Assembly: GCA_951406725.2 (NCBI GenBank)
Contig: OX597824.1
Span: forward strand, 13,020,001 to 13,084,000
DNA from: Octopus vulgaris
Lineage: Eukaryota
DNA length: 64,000 nt
Reading direction: 5' to 3'
Both the position numbers and the translations under genes were made by a program. The notes under the pieces are model-generated. The model did no database searches and had not been told where the DNA came from. It worked only from the letters and a program-made list of their open reading frames with translations. Position 1 is the stretch's first letter. Each line of letters opens with the position of its first letter. This document shows positions 1-10,571 of this stretch, one piece after another.

Positions 1-7
1 CTTAGGA

Positions 8-280
8 TTCATAAGGCCAGAGCTTAACCCGGTTTCAATTGCATATAAGTGAATGAGATTACAACAAAGCCCCACCTATTCTGAACGGGACGCCGGGACG
101 CCGGTCAGTCGCAGGGTTAACTTCCCAGTTATTGCTGGAACTCATTTTCAGCTTTGTGGACTGAAGCAAAGTGAAACCAAGTATTTTGCTCGAGAATACA
201 ACACACTACCAGCTTCAGGAATCGAAACCGCTATCTTACGATCGTGTGAACAACACCCTAACCCTAGACCACACACTTTC
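8..280 (-). mobile_element. tRNA-derived SINE, local family D, diverged
   Basis: Aligns by eye to the 4069-4308 copy: head with GGTTTCGATTCC B-box and tail with CTGCGACTGACCGGCGTCCCG...GAAACCGGG. Confidence 0.75.
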
Positions 281-430
281 ACAGACAGTTCGGTTGGGTG
301 GGAGTAATTGATTAAGTTGGCCATATTACATCGTTAGAAATTATTTCATAGACCCCCGGAGGACGGACGACAAATCCGTCTTTCAACTAGATTCGAATTC
401 ACAGCCTAAAAACACTGAATTAAAAATACC

Positions 431-922
431 TATTTCTTTACTACCCACAAGGGGCTAAACATAGAGGGGAAAACAAGGACAAACAAAGGGATTAAGTCGA
501 TTACATCGACCCCAGTGCGTAACTGGTACTTATTTAATCGACCCCGAAAGGAAGAAAGGCAAAGTCGGCCTCGGCGGAATTTGAACTCAGAACGTAACGG
601 TAGACGAAATACTACTAAGCATTTCACCCGGCGTGCTAACGTTTCTGCCAGCTCGCCGCCTTAACTGAATTAAAAATACCTATTTCTTTATTACCCACAA
701 GGGGCTAAACACAGAGGGGACAAACAGACAAACAAGGACAGACATAGGTATTAAGTCGATTACATCGACCCCAGTGCGCAACTGGTACTTAATTTATCGA
801 CCCCGAAAGGATGAAAAGCAAAGTCGACCTCGGCGGAATTTGAACTCAGAACATAACGGTAGACGAAATACTGTTAAGCATTTCGCCCGGCGTGCTAACG
901 TTTCTGCCAGCTCTCCGCCTCA
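431..922 (-). mobile_element. Two tandem full-length family-A tRNA-derived SINEs
   Basis: Each reads on the minus strand AGGCGG(C/A)GAGCTGGCAGAAACGTTAG...GAGTTCAAATTCCGCC (A/B boxes), then ...GACTTTGC(C/T)TT...CCTTTCGGGGTCGAT body and ...AAAGAAATA tail. The 17-mer ACTGAATTAAAAATACC occurs at 414-430, 664-680 and 923-939. Confidence 0.92.
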
Positions 923-1396
923 ACTGAATTAAAAATACCATTATGTTATTCCCTATTCTGGTTTTCGCTGTTAGACATGGCATGGTAGGAACGGAGAAAT
1001 ACTGAACTAAATGACCCAAGTGTATTTTGTTTTAATTTTTAGATCCACGTTCTAGTTTCAAATCCCATCGGGTTAACTTTGCCTTTAATCTCTCCTAAGG
1101 GTCAATAGAAGCTCCATTGATGTTCTCAAATGAACCTTGTATAACATAGTTCTAAAAGTTATATCGTTCTTTAAGAAAAATCAAATACACCAAGGCGTAT
1201 ATAGTTCCTTTCAGTTCAGAGATCTATAACAATACATGAAACAAACACAATGACAAGTAACTCTTGTATCTAATAATGCGTCTTTTGATTAGTGATTTTA
1301 GCGATATGTACTATAGAGTGCTTGAACTAAATGTTTTAGAAAAGCTCGCAAATGATAATATTAAGTACACCTATTTATCCAACTATTCTAAACGCG

Positions 1397-1479
1397 CATA
1401 CATACATATATACATACATGCATACATACATACATACATACATACATACATACATACATACATACATACATGCATACAT

Positions 1480-1510
<31 letters not shown>
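1397..1510. repeat. (CATA)n/(TA)n microsatellite
   Basis: Direct reading. Confidence 0.95.
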
Positions 1511-1657
1511 ATTGTTTTCGGGTACTTTGTTTTTGTCCGAGAATCTCTTTTTAAAGTAGAGGAAATAGCTAAGGTTCTCTGGCTGCTATTTCTAAACTTC
1601 GGTGTGTGGTAAAGCAAATCTTTGCTGAACCCTATAGTAGAAAAGATTATTATTGTC

Positions 1658-2000
1658 AAGGCGGCAAGTTGGCATAGTTGTTTGCGCGCCGGATGAAATG
1701 CTTAGCGAAGAGTCGAAGTTGACTCTGGCTTTCATCCTTTTAGGGGTCGATAAAATAAGTATCAGTTGAACACCGAGATGGATGTGATCGACTAACACCC
1801 ACCCCCAAAAATGTTTGCCACTGTGGCAAAATTATTATTATTATTATTCTTTTCTACTCTAGGCACAAGGCCTGAAAATTTGGGGGAAGGGGGCCAATCG
1901 ATTAGATCGATCCCAGTACGCAACTAGTACTTAATTTTACGACGCCGAAAAGATGAAAGGCAAAGTCGACCTCAGCTGAATTTGAACTCAGAACGTAAAG
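1658..2000. mobile_element. Two older family-A SINEs tail-to-tail (+ about 1658-1830, - about 1850-2000)
   Basis: Diverged family-A head and body with older tail variants, separated by (TTA)n. Confidence 0.75.
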
Positions 2001-2366
2001 AGCGTAATGCCTTTGCGTATGTTTATGCGTGTGATTATATGTGATTTGTAAGTGCTTATGCCTCCACTTTTCCCACTCCCATGGAATTGTTTCAACACGT
2101 GACAATCTTCGACCAAATCACTTGTCAAACAACTACAACCATATGAACAGAGGGTTACTAGGGTAAAAACCCCGAAAAATACTAAATGGTACCGGAAATA
2201 CGTGGCTGGGTATCCACAAATAATATGACTTAATAGTGACACAATTTAAAGATAACGTTCAGAAGCTAAATCGTGTGGGAGGGTTATTTGTCAGGAGTCC
2301 AATATTTGATGATTGTTGATCTTAACAAATATCCACATATAGTTATACAGATATAAACACACACAC

Positions 2367-2940
2367 ATGTATGTATGTATGTATGTATGTATGTATGTAT
2401 GTATGTATGTATGTATGTATGTATGTATGTATGTATGTATGTATGTATGTATGTATGTATGTATGTATGTATGTGCGTATGTATGTATGTATGTGCGTAT
2501 GCATGTATGTATGTATGTGCGTATGCATGTATGTGCGTATGCATGTATGTATGTATGTATGTATGTATGTATGTATGTATGTATGTATGTATGTGCGTAT
2601 GTATGTATGTATGTGCGTATGTATGTATGTGCGTATGTATGTATGTGCGTATGTATGTATGTGCGTATGTATGTATGTATGTATGTATGTATGTATGTAT
2701 GTATGTATGTATGTGCGTATGTATGTATGTGCGTATGTACGTATGTATGTATGTATGTATGTATGTGCGTATGTATGTATGTATGTATGTATGTATGTAT
2801 GTATGTATGTATGTGCGTATGTATGTATGTATGTATGTATGTATGTATGTATGTATGCATGCATGTATGTATGTATGTATGTATGTATTTATGTAATGTA
2901 TGTATGTATGTATGTATGCATGTATGTATATATGTATGTA
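2367..2940. repeat. (TATG)n microsatellite with TGCG/TGCA variants
   Basis: Direct reading; source of the MYVC/HTYI ORFs. Confidence 0.97.
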
Positions 2941-3047
2941 TAATCTAGTAAGTAGTAGGGTACTTCTAAAGATAAGTCTCCAGTGTCACCGGTCGGTAAC
3001 AACGCATGAATCTCATTATTACACACCGTGTGTATGTGTATGTGTAT

Positions 3048-3097
<50 letters not shown>

Positions 3098-3326
3098 GGA
3101 AGTAAGCAATTTATTATCTGAAATGAACGTGTAGCTTTTGTAATATTGGCGGGAATAAATTGCAGCGCACACATCGCCACGTGAGTTCCCTTTTTCGCCA
3201 CAATGGTGGAGGGGTGATCATAATTTATCAGCAAAGTAGTCATTCGTTGTTAGTATTTAATCACTGGAAGCATTGGATTGGCGGAACATCGGGCAAAAGT
3301 TCTCTATGGGGTTTGTTCCGTCTTTG

Positions 3327-3710
3327 GTGGAGGCGCAATGGCCCAGTGGTTAGGGCAGCGGACTCGCGGTCATAGGATCGCGGTTTCGATTCCCAGACCG
3401 GGCGTTGTGAGTGTTTATTGAGCGAGAACACCTAAAAGCTCCACGAGGCTCCGGCAGGGGATGGTGGTGATCCCTGCTGTACTCTTTCACCACAACTTTC
3501 TCTCACTCTTACTTCCTGTTTCTGTTGTACCTGTATTTCAAGGGGCCGGCCTTGTCACTCTCTGTGTCACGCTAAATATCCCCGAGAACTACGTTAAGGG
3601 TACACGTGTCTGTGGAGTGCTCAGCCACTTACACGTTAATTTCACGAGCAGGCTGTTCCGTTGTTTCGGATCAACCGGAACCCTCATCGTCGTAACCGAC
3701 GGAGTGCTTT
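3327..3710 (+). mobile_element. tRNA-derived SINE, local family B (~385 bp)
   Basis: GTGGAGGCGCAATGGCCCAGTGGTTAGGGCAGCGGACTCGCGG...GGTTTCGATTCCC tRNA-like head; tail ...CGTCGTAACCGACGGAGTGC resembles RTE 3' ends; TSD GTTCCGTCTTT at 3315-3325 and 3741-3751. Confidence 0.92.
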
Positions 3711-4068
3711 CCTCCCTGTGCATGCAAGGAAAAATCCAAAGTTCCGTCTTTATATGTTCCGAGTTCAAATCCTACCGAGATCAACTTTGTCCTTGCTTCC
3801 TTCGGGATCGATGAGATAATTTACAAGTGGTGCAATGTCTTTGGCTCTGTTTTCTTCTTCCACCCTCTTCTTAATTCCATGCGGATTACGTAATAACGGA
3901 TAAGAATATGAGGTACTCAGAAGTCCAAAATGTACGGGGTAGTACATAATAGTTTTGTATAATGAGAATATAAAATAGGGAAGCTGGTTAAACTCCTTTT
4001 AAGGTCGATGATATTTTATTAATAAAATTTCGTATTTTTTTAAACTGTGGCATAGTTTTCCGACAAAA

Positions 4069-4308
4069 ATGTTCCTTCTCGAGCCATGCCAGGCTCATAA
4101 TGACCGGTTTCCCGGTTTCAGTGGCGTAGAAATTCCCCACCTGGACGGGACGCCGGTCCGTCGCAGGATTACTCATTTCTACAGCTGAGTGGACTGGAGC
4201 AACGTGAAATAAAGTGTTTTGCTCAAGAACACAACGCATCGCCCGGTCCAGGAATCGAAACCATAACCTTACGATCAACACCCTAACCACTAAGCTACGC
4301 GCCTCCAC
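4069..4308 (-). mobile_element. tRNA-derived SINE, local family D
   Basis: tRNA-like head; TTGTGTTCTTGAGCAAAACACTTTA...CCACTCAGCTGTAGAAATGAGTA body (CORE-like); CCTGCGACGGACCGGCGTCCCGTCCAGG tail; 15-bp TSD with 2 mismatches (4054-4068/4309-4323). Confidence 0.88.
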
Positions 4309-4337
4309 AGTCTTCCGATAAAAGTTATAATAATGGT

Positions 4338-4718
4338 AAGGCGGTGAGCTGGCAGAAACGTTAGCACGCCGGGCAAAATGCGTAGCTGTATTTCGTCTGC
4401 CGTTACGTTCTGAGTTCAAATTCTGCCGAGGTTGACTTTGCCTTTCATCCTTTCGGGGTCGATTAAATAAGTGCCAGTTACGCACTGGGGTCGATATAAT
4501 CGACCTAATCTGTTAGTCTGTGTTTAGCCCCTTGTGAGTAGTAAAGAAATAGGTATTTCGTATGTCTTTACGTATTGAGTTCAAATTCCACCGAGGTCGA
4601 CTTTGACTTTCAACCTTTCGGGGTCGATAAATTAAGTACCAGTTGTGCACTGGGGTCGATATAATCGACTGGTGTCCTCCCCCCAAATTTCGGGCCTTAT
4701 GTCTAGAGTACAAAAGAA
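4338..4718 (+). mobile_element. Family-A SINE dimer (head + young-tail unit + old-tail unit)
   Basis: Junction AAAGAAATA|GGTATTTCGT near 4550; terminal tail AAATTTCGGGCCTTATGTCTAGAGTACAAAAG. Confidence 0.88.
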
Positions 4719-5121
4719 TATTTGAGGTTTGAATTTCAAATGTCATATGGACGAGGGGAAGGCACTTGAGCGCTGCTCAGCCACTAAATGACAAGCTTGT
4801 TTATATTGTTCTGGGTTCCTTGTACATATAACAAAGATGGGATGGTCACACTTGGAGAGCCTTTGACCATAGGTTTCCATTATCAGAACAGACGAAGAAA
4901 TAATTGGCAAAACTCTATGTGGAGTTCCTTGTATTAAAAATAAAGCCAATAGAATATAGTGATGCGCACGTGACTAATTGTACGGCTAATGCGTTACAAA
5001 ACCAAGAATACCCGTCTTTTTTGCCTGTCCTTCTAATTGTTGTTTCTCTTGTCCGCCTTTGTGTCGTGTATCTGTCCGTACATTTTAATGCCCTCTATTG
5101 CGTTCTTGTTCCATATATATA

Positions 5122-5242
5122 TATCTGTAAATATAATATGTGACAATTATTCGGTAGCCATGATAAAACTCCGAGTTTCGGGTGTCGGGGCGGAGTTTTA
5201 TCATGGCTACCGAATAATTGTCACATATTATATTTACAGATA
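5122..5242. repeat. Perfect 52-bp inverted repeat with 17-nt loop (probable Penelope-like inverted end)
   Basis: 5122-5173 is the exact reverse complement of 5191-5242; the surrounding element (to about 5310) is flanked by (TA)n. Confidence 0.9.
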
Positions 5243-5574
5243 AATTCTTCTATTTACATAATATCGAGGTCTCTTTTATTTTTTGTTGTCTTACCATTTC
5301 TATCAATATATATATATCACGTGACCACGTGACTGACCAGACCATCAGATGTTGCAACACATCGCTGGTCACAATATATATACTAGCTGGTGTACCCTGT
5401 AATTCTCGGGGGTAATGATGCTCTGTTGAAATGCCGTATTACTCTGATATAAGAAAGCAATTTCATTACAACTGCTCCAAAAGGTGTATTTTCCGTCACG
5501 AAAAAGTACAAAAAACTCTCAGCTTGAAGAGGGAGAGATTGTTGGGGGTTGGTGAGAGAGGCATGACAAGGCCC

Positions 5575-5887
5575 ATGCTACGAGCATAACTGCGAGAATA
5601 TGTCCGAAACGAAGTAATTCAAGAACAGAGTGGATCGAACGATGACATCGAAGAATAACGGAAGCTCAAATACTTCTGGGCCGGACATGTGCTAAGGTTT
5701 ACAGACAATAGGTGGGTCCATGCAGGTTTTAAGTGGTATACAAGGGATCGGTTTTAGATATCTCCGAAGACCACCAGAGTATTTTGACTGAACATAGAGA
5801 AGGTGGCTGTTAAAGGAACTTTGGAAGCATATTGTCATCTGCAAAGTATGAGGGCATCTGATAGTAGTGCGATCGACAGGGTGACAA

Positions 5888-5890
<3 letters not shown>
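5575..5890 (+). pseudogene. RTE-clade LINE 3' remnant (post-RT C-terminal region)
   Basis: Translates MLRA*LREYVRNEVIQEQSG...RKLKYFWAGHVLRFTDNRWVHAGFKWYTRDR, matching the RTE motif RNEEIR...WAGHVAR..DNRW; ends in (TATC)n. Confidence 0.8.
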
Positions 5891-5924
<34 letters not shown>

Positions 5925-5925
5925 C

Positions 5926-5982
<57 letters not shown>

Positions 5983-6053
5983 CATACATACATACATACA
6001 TACATACATACATACATACATACATACATACATACATACATACATACATACAT

Positions 6054-6577
6054 GGTGGCTGCCCCTCGTTATCGAGTATGGCCATTGCACGAAGCTTAAT
6101 CAATGTTGTTATCGTGCAATGCCTGTGCAAGAAGATATTTTTTTAAGTAAGGAAAGGCTGTGCACTGAGTCAATCACACTCACTAAGAACAAGTCAACAT
6201 CATCGGTAACCACTGAGCCGCAGGTTTTATGTCGGAGTTATCCCAGTTACCTGAGTTGCCTTCTCCTAGAAGGATGCCCTAACAAAGGCTAGGAGTCCTT
6301 CACTTCCAATGGTTTAACCGCGCGATCTGGTATTCAGTCCGATTATTTCTATGTCCCCGCGCATGATACAGCTTTAAGACATTTATTGGATGGCCGTTGA
6401 CTCTCAAGAGTTCCTCCGCCCTTTGACGGGTTTTGTTTTTCATCCCGCAGGGTGACCAATAAACACCCTCCTCACCAAGCGAGCTTGGTGGGGTTGCCGG
6501 CTTAGTCGCCGACGACCCGACCATGCAACAGGTTGTACTGGGTTACATGTTACCAGTAGCACTCGAAAGTGACCTGA
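6054..6577 (-). mobile_element. Non-autonomous RTE-derived retroposon (5'UTR-like part + 3' tail), inserted in (CATA)n
   Basis: CTAGGAGAAGGCAACTC resembles RTE 5' UTR motifs; 3' stem-loops TTGCACGA..TCGTGCAA and CTCG..CGAG; (CATA)n on both sides. Confidence 0.6.
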
Positions 6578-6624
6578 CATACATACATACATACATACAT
6601 ACATACATACATACATACATACAT

Positions 6625-6671
<47 letters not shown>

Positions 6672-7149
6672 TGCCACTCTCAAAACTATACACCAATATT
6701 TAAACAATGTCCAAGCCTAATTAAGTTACAAAAAAAAAAATACAAATAATAACAGCGCAAACGATCTCCAAAGACTATGAATCCACCAGCACTTTCCACT
6801 TCGCAAGAATGAAGGACAAGAGATTAGGTATCAAGCGTGTTACTTGAGCGCTGCTCAGCCACTAAATGACAAGCTTGTTTATATTGTTCTGGGTTCCTTG
6901 TACATATAACAAAGATGGGATGGTCACACTTGGAGAGCCTTTGACCATAGGTTTCCATTATCAGAACGGACGAGGAAATAATTGGCAAAACTCTATGTGG
7001 CGTTCCTTGTACTAAAAATAAAGCCAAATTTCCCTTGGACCTCTCAATATATTGTTAAAAAGGAAAGGACACAGGCAATATGCCGCTGGATACCTTTGAA
7101 ACGGAAGGTCACATCTTTAATGCGTTTGAGCTGAAGTCTGCACAATCAA

Positions 7150-7860
7150 GATAGATTTAAAACTGTGTAACAACAATAACATTTGTATGTTTTTCTCATT
7201 TCCATATATGGAAAAAAACTATGTTGAGAATTTTTATGAACAGTATTAAGATGTCTTACCAAATTGTATGGTAAAGGAGATCTGCGCAATATCTTTAATC
7301 CTTTCATAGCAAAACATTATTTCATCCATTTTTGGTTCTTTTGGTATGCATTTGTCCCTTTTATGTTGATAGCATTAACGGTGTATTCTGTTGGTATGAT
7401 ATTTGTGGTATGGATTTTGCACATGCAAAATATAATAACCAATTAGTTTTGGTTTCCCGTTGAATAAAAATGTGCATTCACAAAATTACAGACGGATTAT
7501 CGTATCCGTTAAAAAAAAGCAACGTTTCTTGGAATATGTAAGATGTGATTATGTTGATGATTATATTAATCAATTCGCTTTTCTTTTGAAGAAGCCATTT
7601 TAATTTCTGTTTACTGGAAATATTTCCGAAAGTCGCTGATATAATTAAACCATTCTATGAATTTTTTTTGAAAATAAATATATGAATAATTCTAAAAAGT
7701 GCTTTTTTTCTCTACATTGTCTCCCATCTCCATACAATAACCAAATATTTACATTCCAAGTCTTTAAATTATATTTGCTACTTCATTGTACCATTGTTTT
7801 GGGAGAAATGTTGCTTCAGTAACGATTCTCACAACCGTCTGCTTAATACTTTATGAAAAC
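7150..7860 (-). pseudogene. Highly decayed L1/Tx1-like LINE reverse transcriptase fragment
   Basis: Minus-strand pieces FHKVLSRRL (~KVLANRL), VEKKALFRIIH (~DQEKAFDRVSH), KKFIEWF and NGFF, in the expected order with many stops and frameshifts. Confidence 0.5.
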
Positions 7861-7890
7861 AAACGCAAAAGTCGTTCACAATCCAATGTA

Positions 7891-7938
<48 letters not shown>

Positions 7939-8123
7939 TTTGAGTAGTTGAATGAATTATCTTGTTATGGATAATTCGGTTAACTGATACCTGGGTAGCA
8001 AATTCACATCAGAGAGGACACGTTTGAAGTTACGTGCTTTCGTGTGGAAATTTGTATGTTTTTTTTTTAAATATAAATATATGAAAGAATGGAGTTGAAC
8101 GACGAATTAACAAACTTCCTTTA

Positions 8124-8206
8124 TTTTCGACATATGTTTCGAAGGCTGCATATTCCTAATTGTGAAGGAATAAGGAGTATATTATGCCGCTTTCTCATCA
8201 GGAAAA
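8124..8206 (-). ncRNA. Type I hammerhead ribozyme, intact core (Penelope pLTR-like context)
   Basis: TTTTC-CTGATGA-[GAAAGCGGCATA..TATGCAGCCTTC]-GAAA-CATATG-TC/GAAAA; palindromic stem III, GUC cleavage triplet. Confidence 0.85.
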
Positions 8207-8520
8207 GCAAGGAATTTATGTCAACATCAAGATGCACAAAAAACTTTTAGATGACTACTCACACGGAGCCCATAGTGAAAATATATATACTTATACATAC
8301 ATTTACCATATAAATATATGTGTATATATACACGCATATACATTTTATTGCCTTTCAGGCGAATATTTGATCTTTGAATTTTTTTGGGAGAGCAGTGGAA
8401 AGTGAATACCATCGGCTCAGTACAAAACTGGTACTTTATTTTGCCGACCCCAGAGAGATGAAAGCCAAAGTAGACCTCGGTGGGGTTTAAATTCGGAATG
8501 TTAACTACCTGAAGAAATAT

Positions 8521-8941
8521 TGGTTTCAAATTTTGGCCACGAGGCCAGCACTTTCGGGGGAGGGGGTAAGTCGATTACATCGACCCCAGTGATAAACTAC
8601 TACTTATTTTACCAACCCAGAAAGGATGAAAGGCAAAGTCGACCTCGATGGAATTTGAGCTCGGAACGTAAAGAAGGAAAATGCTGCCAGGTATTTTGCC
8701 CAGCTGTTAACGATTCTTATTTTTTTATTGCCCACAAGGGGCTAAACATAGAGGGGACAAACAAGGACAAACAAAGGGATTAAGTCGATCTAGTGCGTAA
8801 CTGGTACTTAATTTATCGACCCCGAAAGGATGAAAGGCAAAGTTGACCTCGGCGGAATTTGAACTCAGAACGTAACGGCAGACGAAATGGTACTAAGCAT
8901 TTCGTCTGCCGTGCTAACGATTCTATCAGCTCGCCGCCCTT
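8521..8941 (-). mobile_element. Family-A SINE composite (young unit nested in an old unit)
   Basis: Head ending at about 8941, young tail at about 8717, old tail ...GGCCAAAATTTGAAACCA ending at about 8521. Confidence 0.85.
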
Positions 8942-9202
8942 GCCTGAAGAAAATATTGCAAAGCAATTTTTCCGACACCTTAACGGAGAGGAAGGTGAGG
9001 AGGAGAAGAAAGATGATGAAGAAGAAGGTAAACGAAACAGATTGCTGGACAGCAGAAAAAACAAAAAAAACATGAAACCTGGCCAGTCTGTTTGAGAGAG
9101 ATGTGTTGTTGCTTCTTTTATTCCTTTCATTCTTTTCCTTTTCCCCTTCTGTTATCCCCTCCTTCTCCCCCCTCCCTCTCCCCTCTGCCTCCCCTCTACT
9201 AT

Positions 9203-9533
9203 AGTAGAAGTGTCTTTTACTATAGCTTCGGGCCGACCAAAGCCTTGTGAGTGAATTTGGTAGACGGAAACTGAAAGAAGCCCGTCGTATATATGTATAT
9301 AAACATGTGTGTGTGTTTGTGTGTCTGTGTTTGTCCCCCCACCATCGCTTGACAACCGATGCTGGTGTGTGTACGTCCCCGTAACTTAGCGGTTCGGCAA
9401 AAGAGACCGATATAATAATTACTAGGCTTACAAAGAATAAGTCCTGGGGTCGATTTGCTCGACTAAAGGCGGTGCTCCAGCATGGCCACAGTCACATGAC
9501 TGAAACAAGTAAAAGAGAGTAAAGAGTAAAGAG
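9203..9533 (+). mobile_element. SINE local family C, 5'-truncated
   Basis: GGCCGACCAAAGCCTTGTGAGTG...internal (TA)/(TG)...GACTGAAACAAGTAAAAGAG tail. Confidence 0.88.
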
Positions 9534-9556
9534 TATATATTCACATATATATAATG

Positions 9557-10111
9557 ATTTCAAATTTTGGCACAAGGCCAGCAATTTCATGCATGGTGTA
9601 AGTCAATTATATCAAACCCAGTATGCAACTGGTACTTATTTTATCGCGCCCGAAAGGATGAAAAGCATAACAGATTTTGACAGAATTTGAACTCAGAACA
9701 TAAAGATGGACGAAATGGCGCTAAGCATTTTCCCGGCGTGCTAACGATTCTGCCTGCGCGCCACCTTTATTGTTATATATGATAAATGCATATATATATA
9801 TATTTATGCGTGTGTGTGTGTGTGTGTGTAAACACACACACACTCACACCCGTACACACATATGTTCGTATATACGAATGCCAAGATAATTGGATTGTGA
9901 AAAACCTCTACTCTAGGCACAAGGCCCGAAATATTTGGGGAGGGACCCAGTCGATTAGATCAACCCCAGTACGCAACTGCTACTTAATTTATCGACCCCG
10001 AAAGGATGAAAGGTAAAGTCGATCAAGGCAGAATTTGAACTCAGAAGACAGACGAAATACCGCTAAGCATGTTACCCGGCGTGCTAATGTTTCTGCTAGC
10101 TCGTCGCCTTT
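9557..10111 (-). mobile_element. Two older family-A SINEs (about 9557-9768 and 9908-10111)
   Basis: Diverged head and body with old tail variants. Confidence 0.8.
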
Positions 10112-10530
10112 ACTCATAAGAGTATTAGGCAGGCGACCGCGAGAATCGTCACAGAATCCAAGTTTTACCAAAACAATGGTATAATAAAATAGAAAATATA
10201 AATTAAAACACTACATATTTAAATATTTGGTTATTGTGTAGCAATGAGAGATGAATAAAATGCAGAAAAAATATTAAATTATATATTTATTTATTAAAAA
10301 AGATTTCACAGAAAGTTTTAATTACATCAACGAATTTCGGAAATATTTCAATTAAACAGAAAATGAAATGAGTGGTTGTATACTGTCAACTTAATGTCCC
10401 ATGAAGAGAATCACACTACTGCTATTTAGCTCTAGGAAGCAGCAACGCTTCCTGTCGGCCTTGACACATTTCCTGTGTCCTTATATTTACAAGGGGGGAG
10501 ACAAGCGCCTCCACCCAGCTAAACCTGCAG

Positions 10531-10571
10531 CCAGAGACTAGTTTCTGAGTCTTTTCTCCTCATCAGTCTGG
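10531..10571 (-). ncRNA. Type I hammerhead ribozyme capping a long imperfect hairpin
   Basis: CCAGA-CTGATGA-GGAG(AAAAGA)CTCA-GAAA-CTAG-TC/TCTGG; perfect 5-bp stem I, ACTAGT palindromic stem III; the stem II closing pair is G·A rather than G-C. Confidence 0.82.

Noticed and set aside
2284-2948. Long ORFs of MYVC/HTYI repeats (also at 39-46 kb and 52-54 kb)
   Set aside because: Translations of (TATG)n/(CATA)n microsatellites, which lack stop codons by construction.
3327-3400. tRNA-like sequence at SINE B heads
   Set aside because: Always fused to the same SINE body and bounded by TSDs, with no proper acceptor stem; SINE heads, not tRNA genes.
3461-3814. Recurrent ORF MVVIPAVLFHHNFLSLLLPV... 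in many places
   Set aside because: Incidental frame within SINE B; start and stop vary between copies.
4959-4996. GTGATGCGCACG...CTAATGCGTTA possible hammerhead relic
   Set aside because: Too many core mismatches to support.
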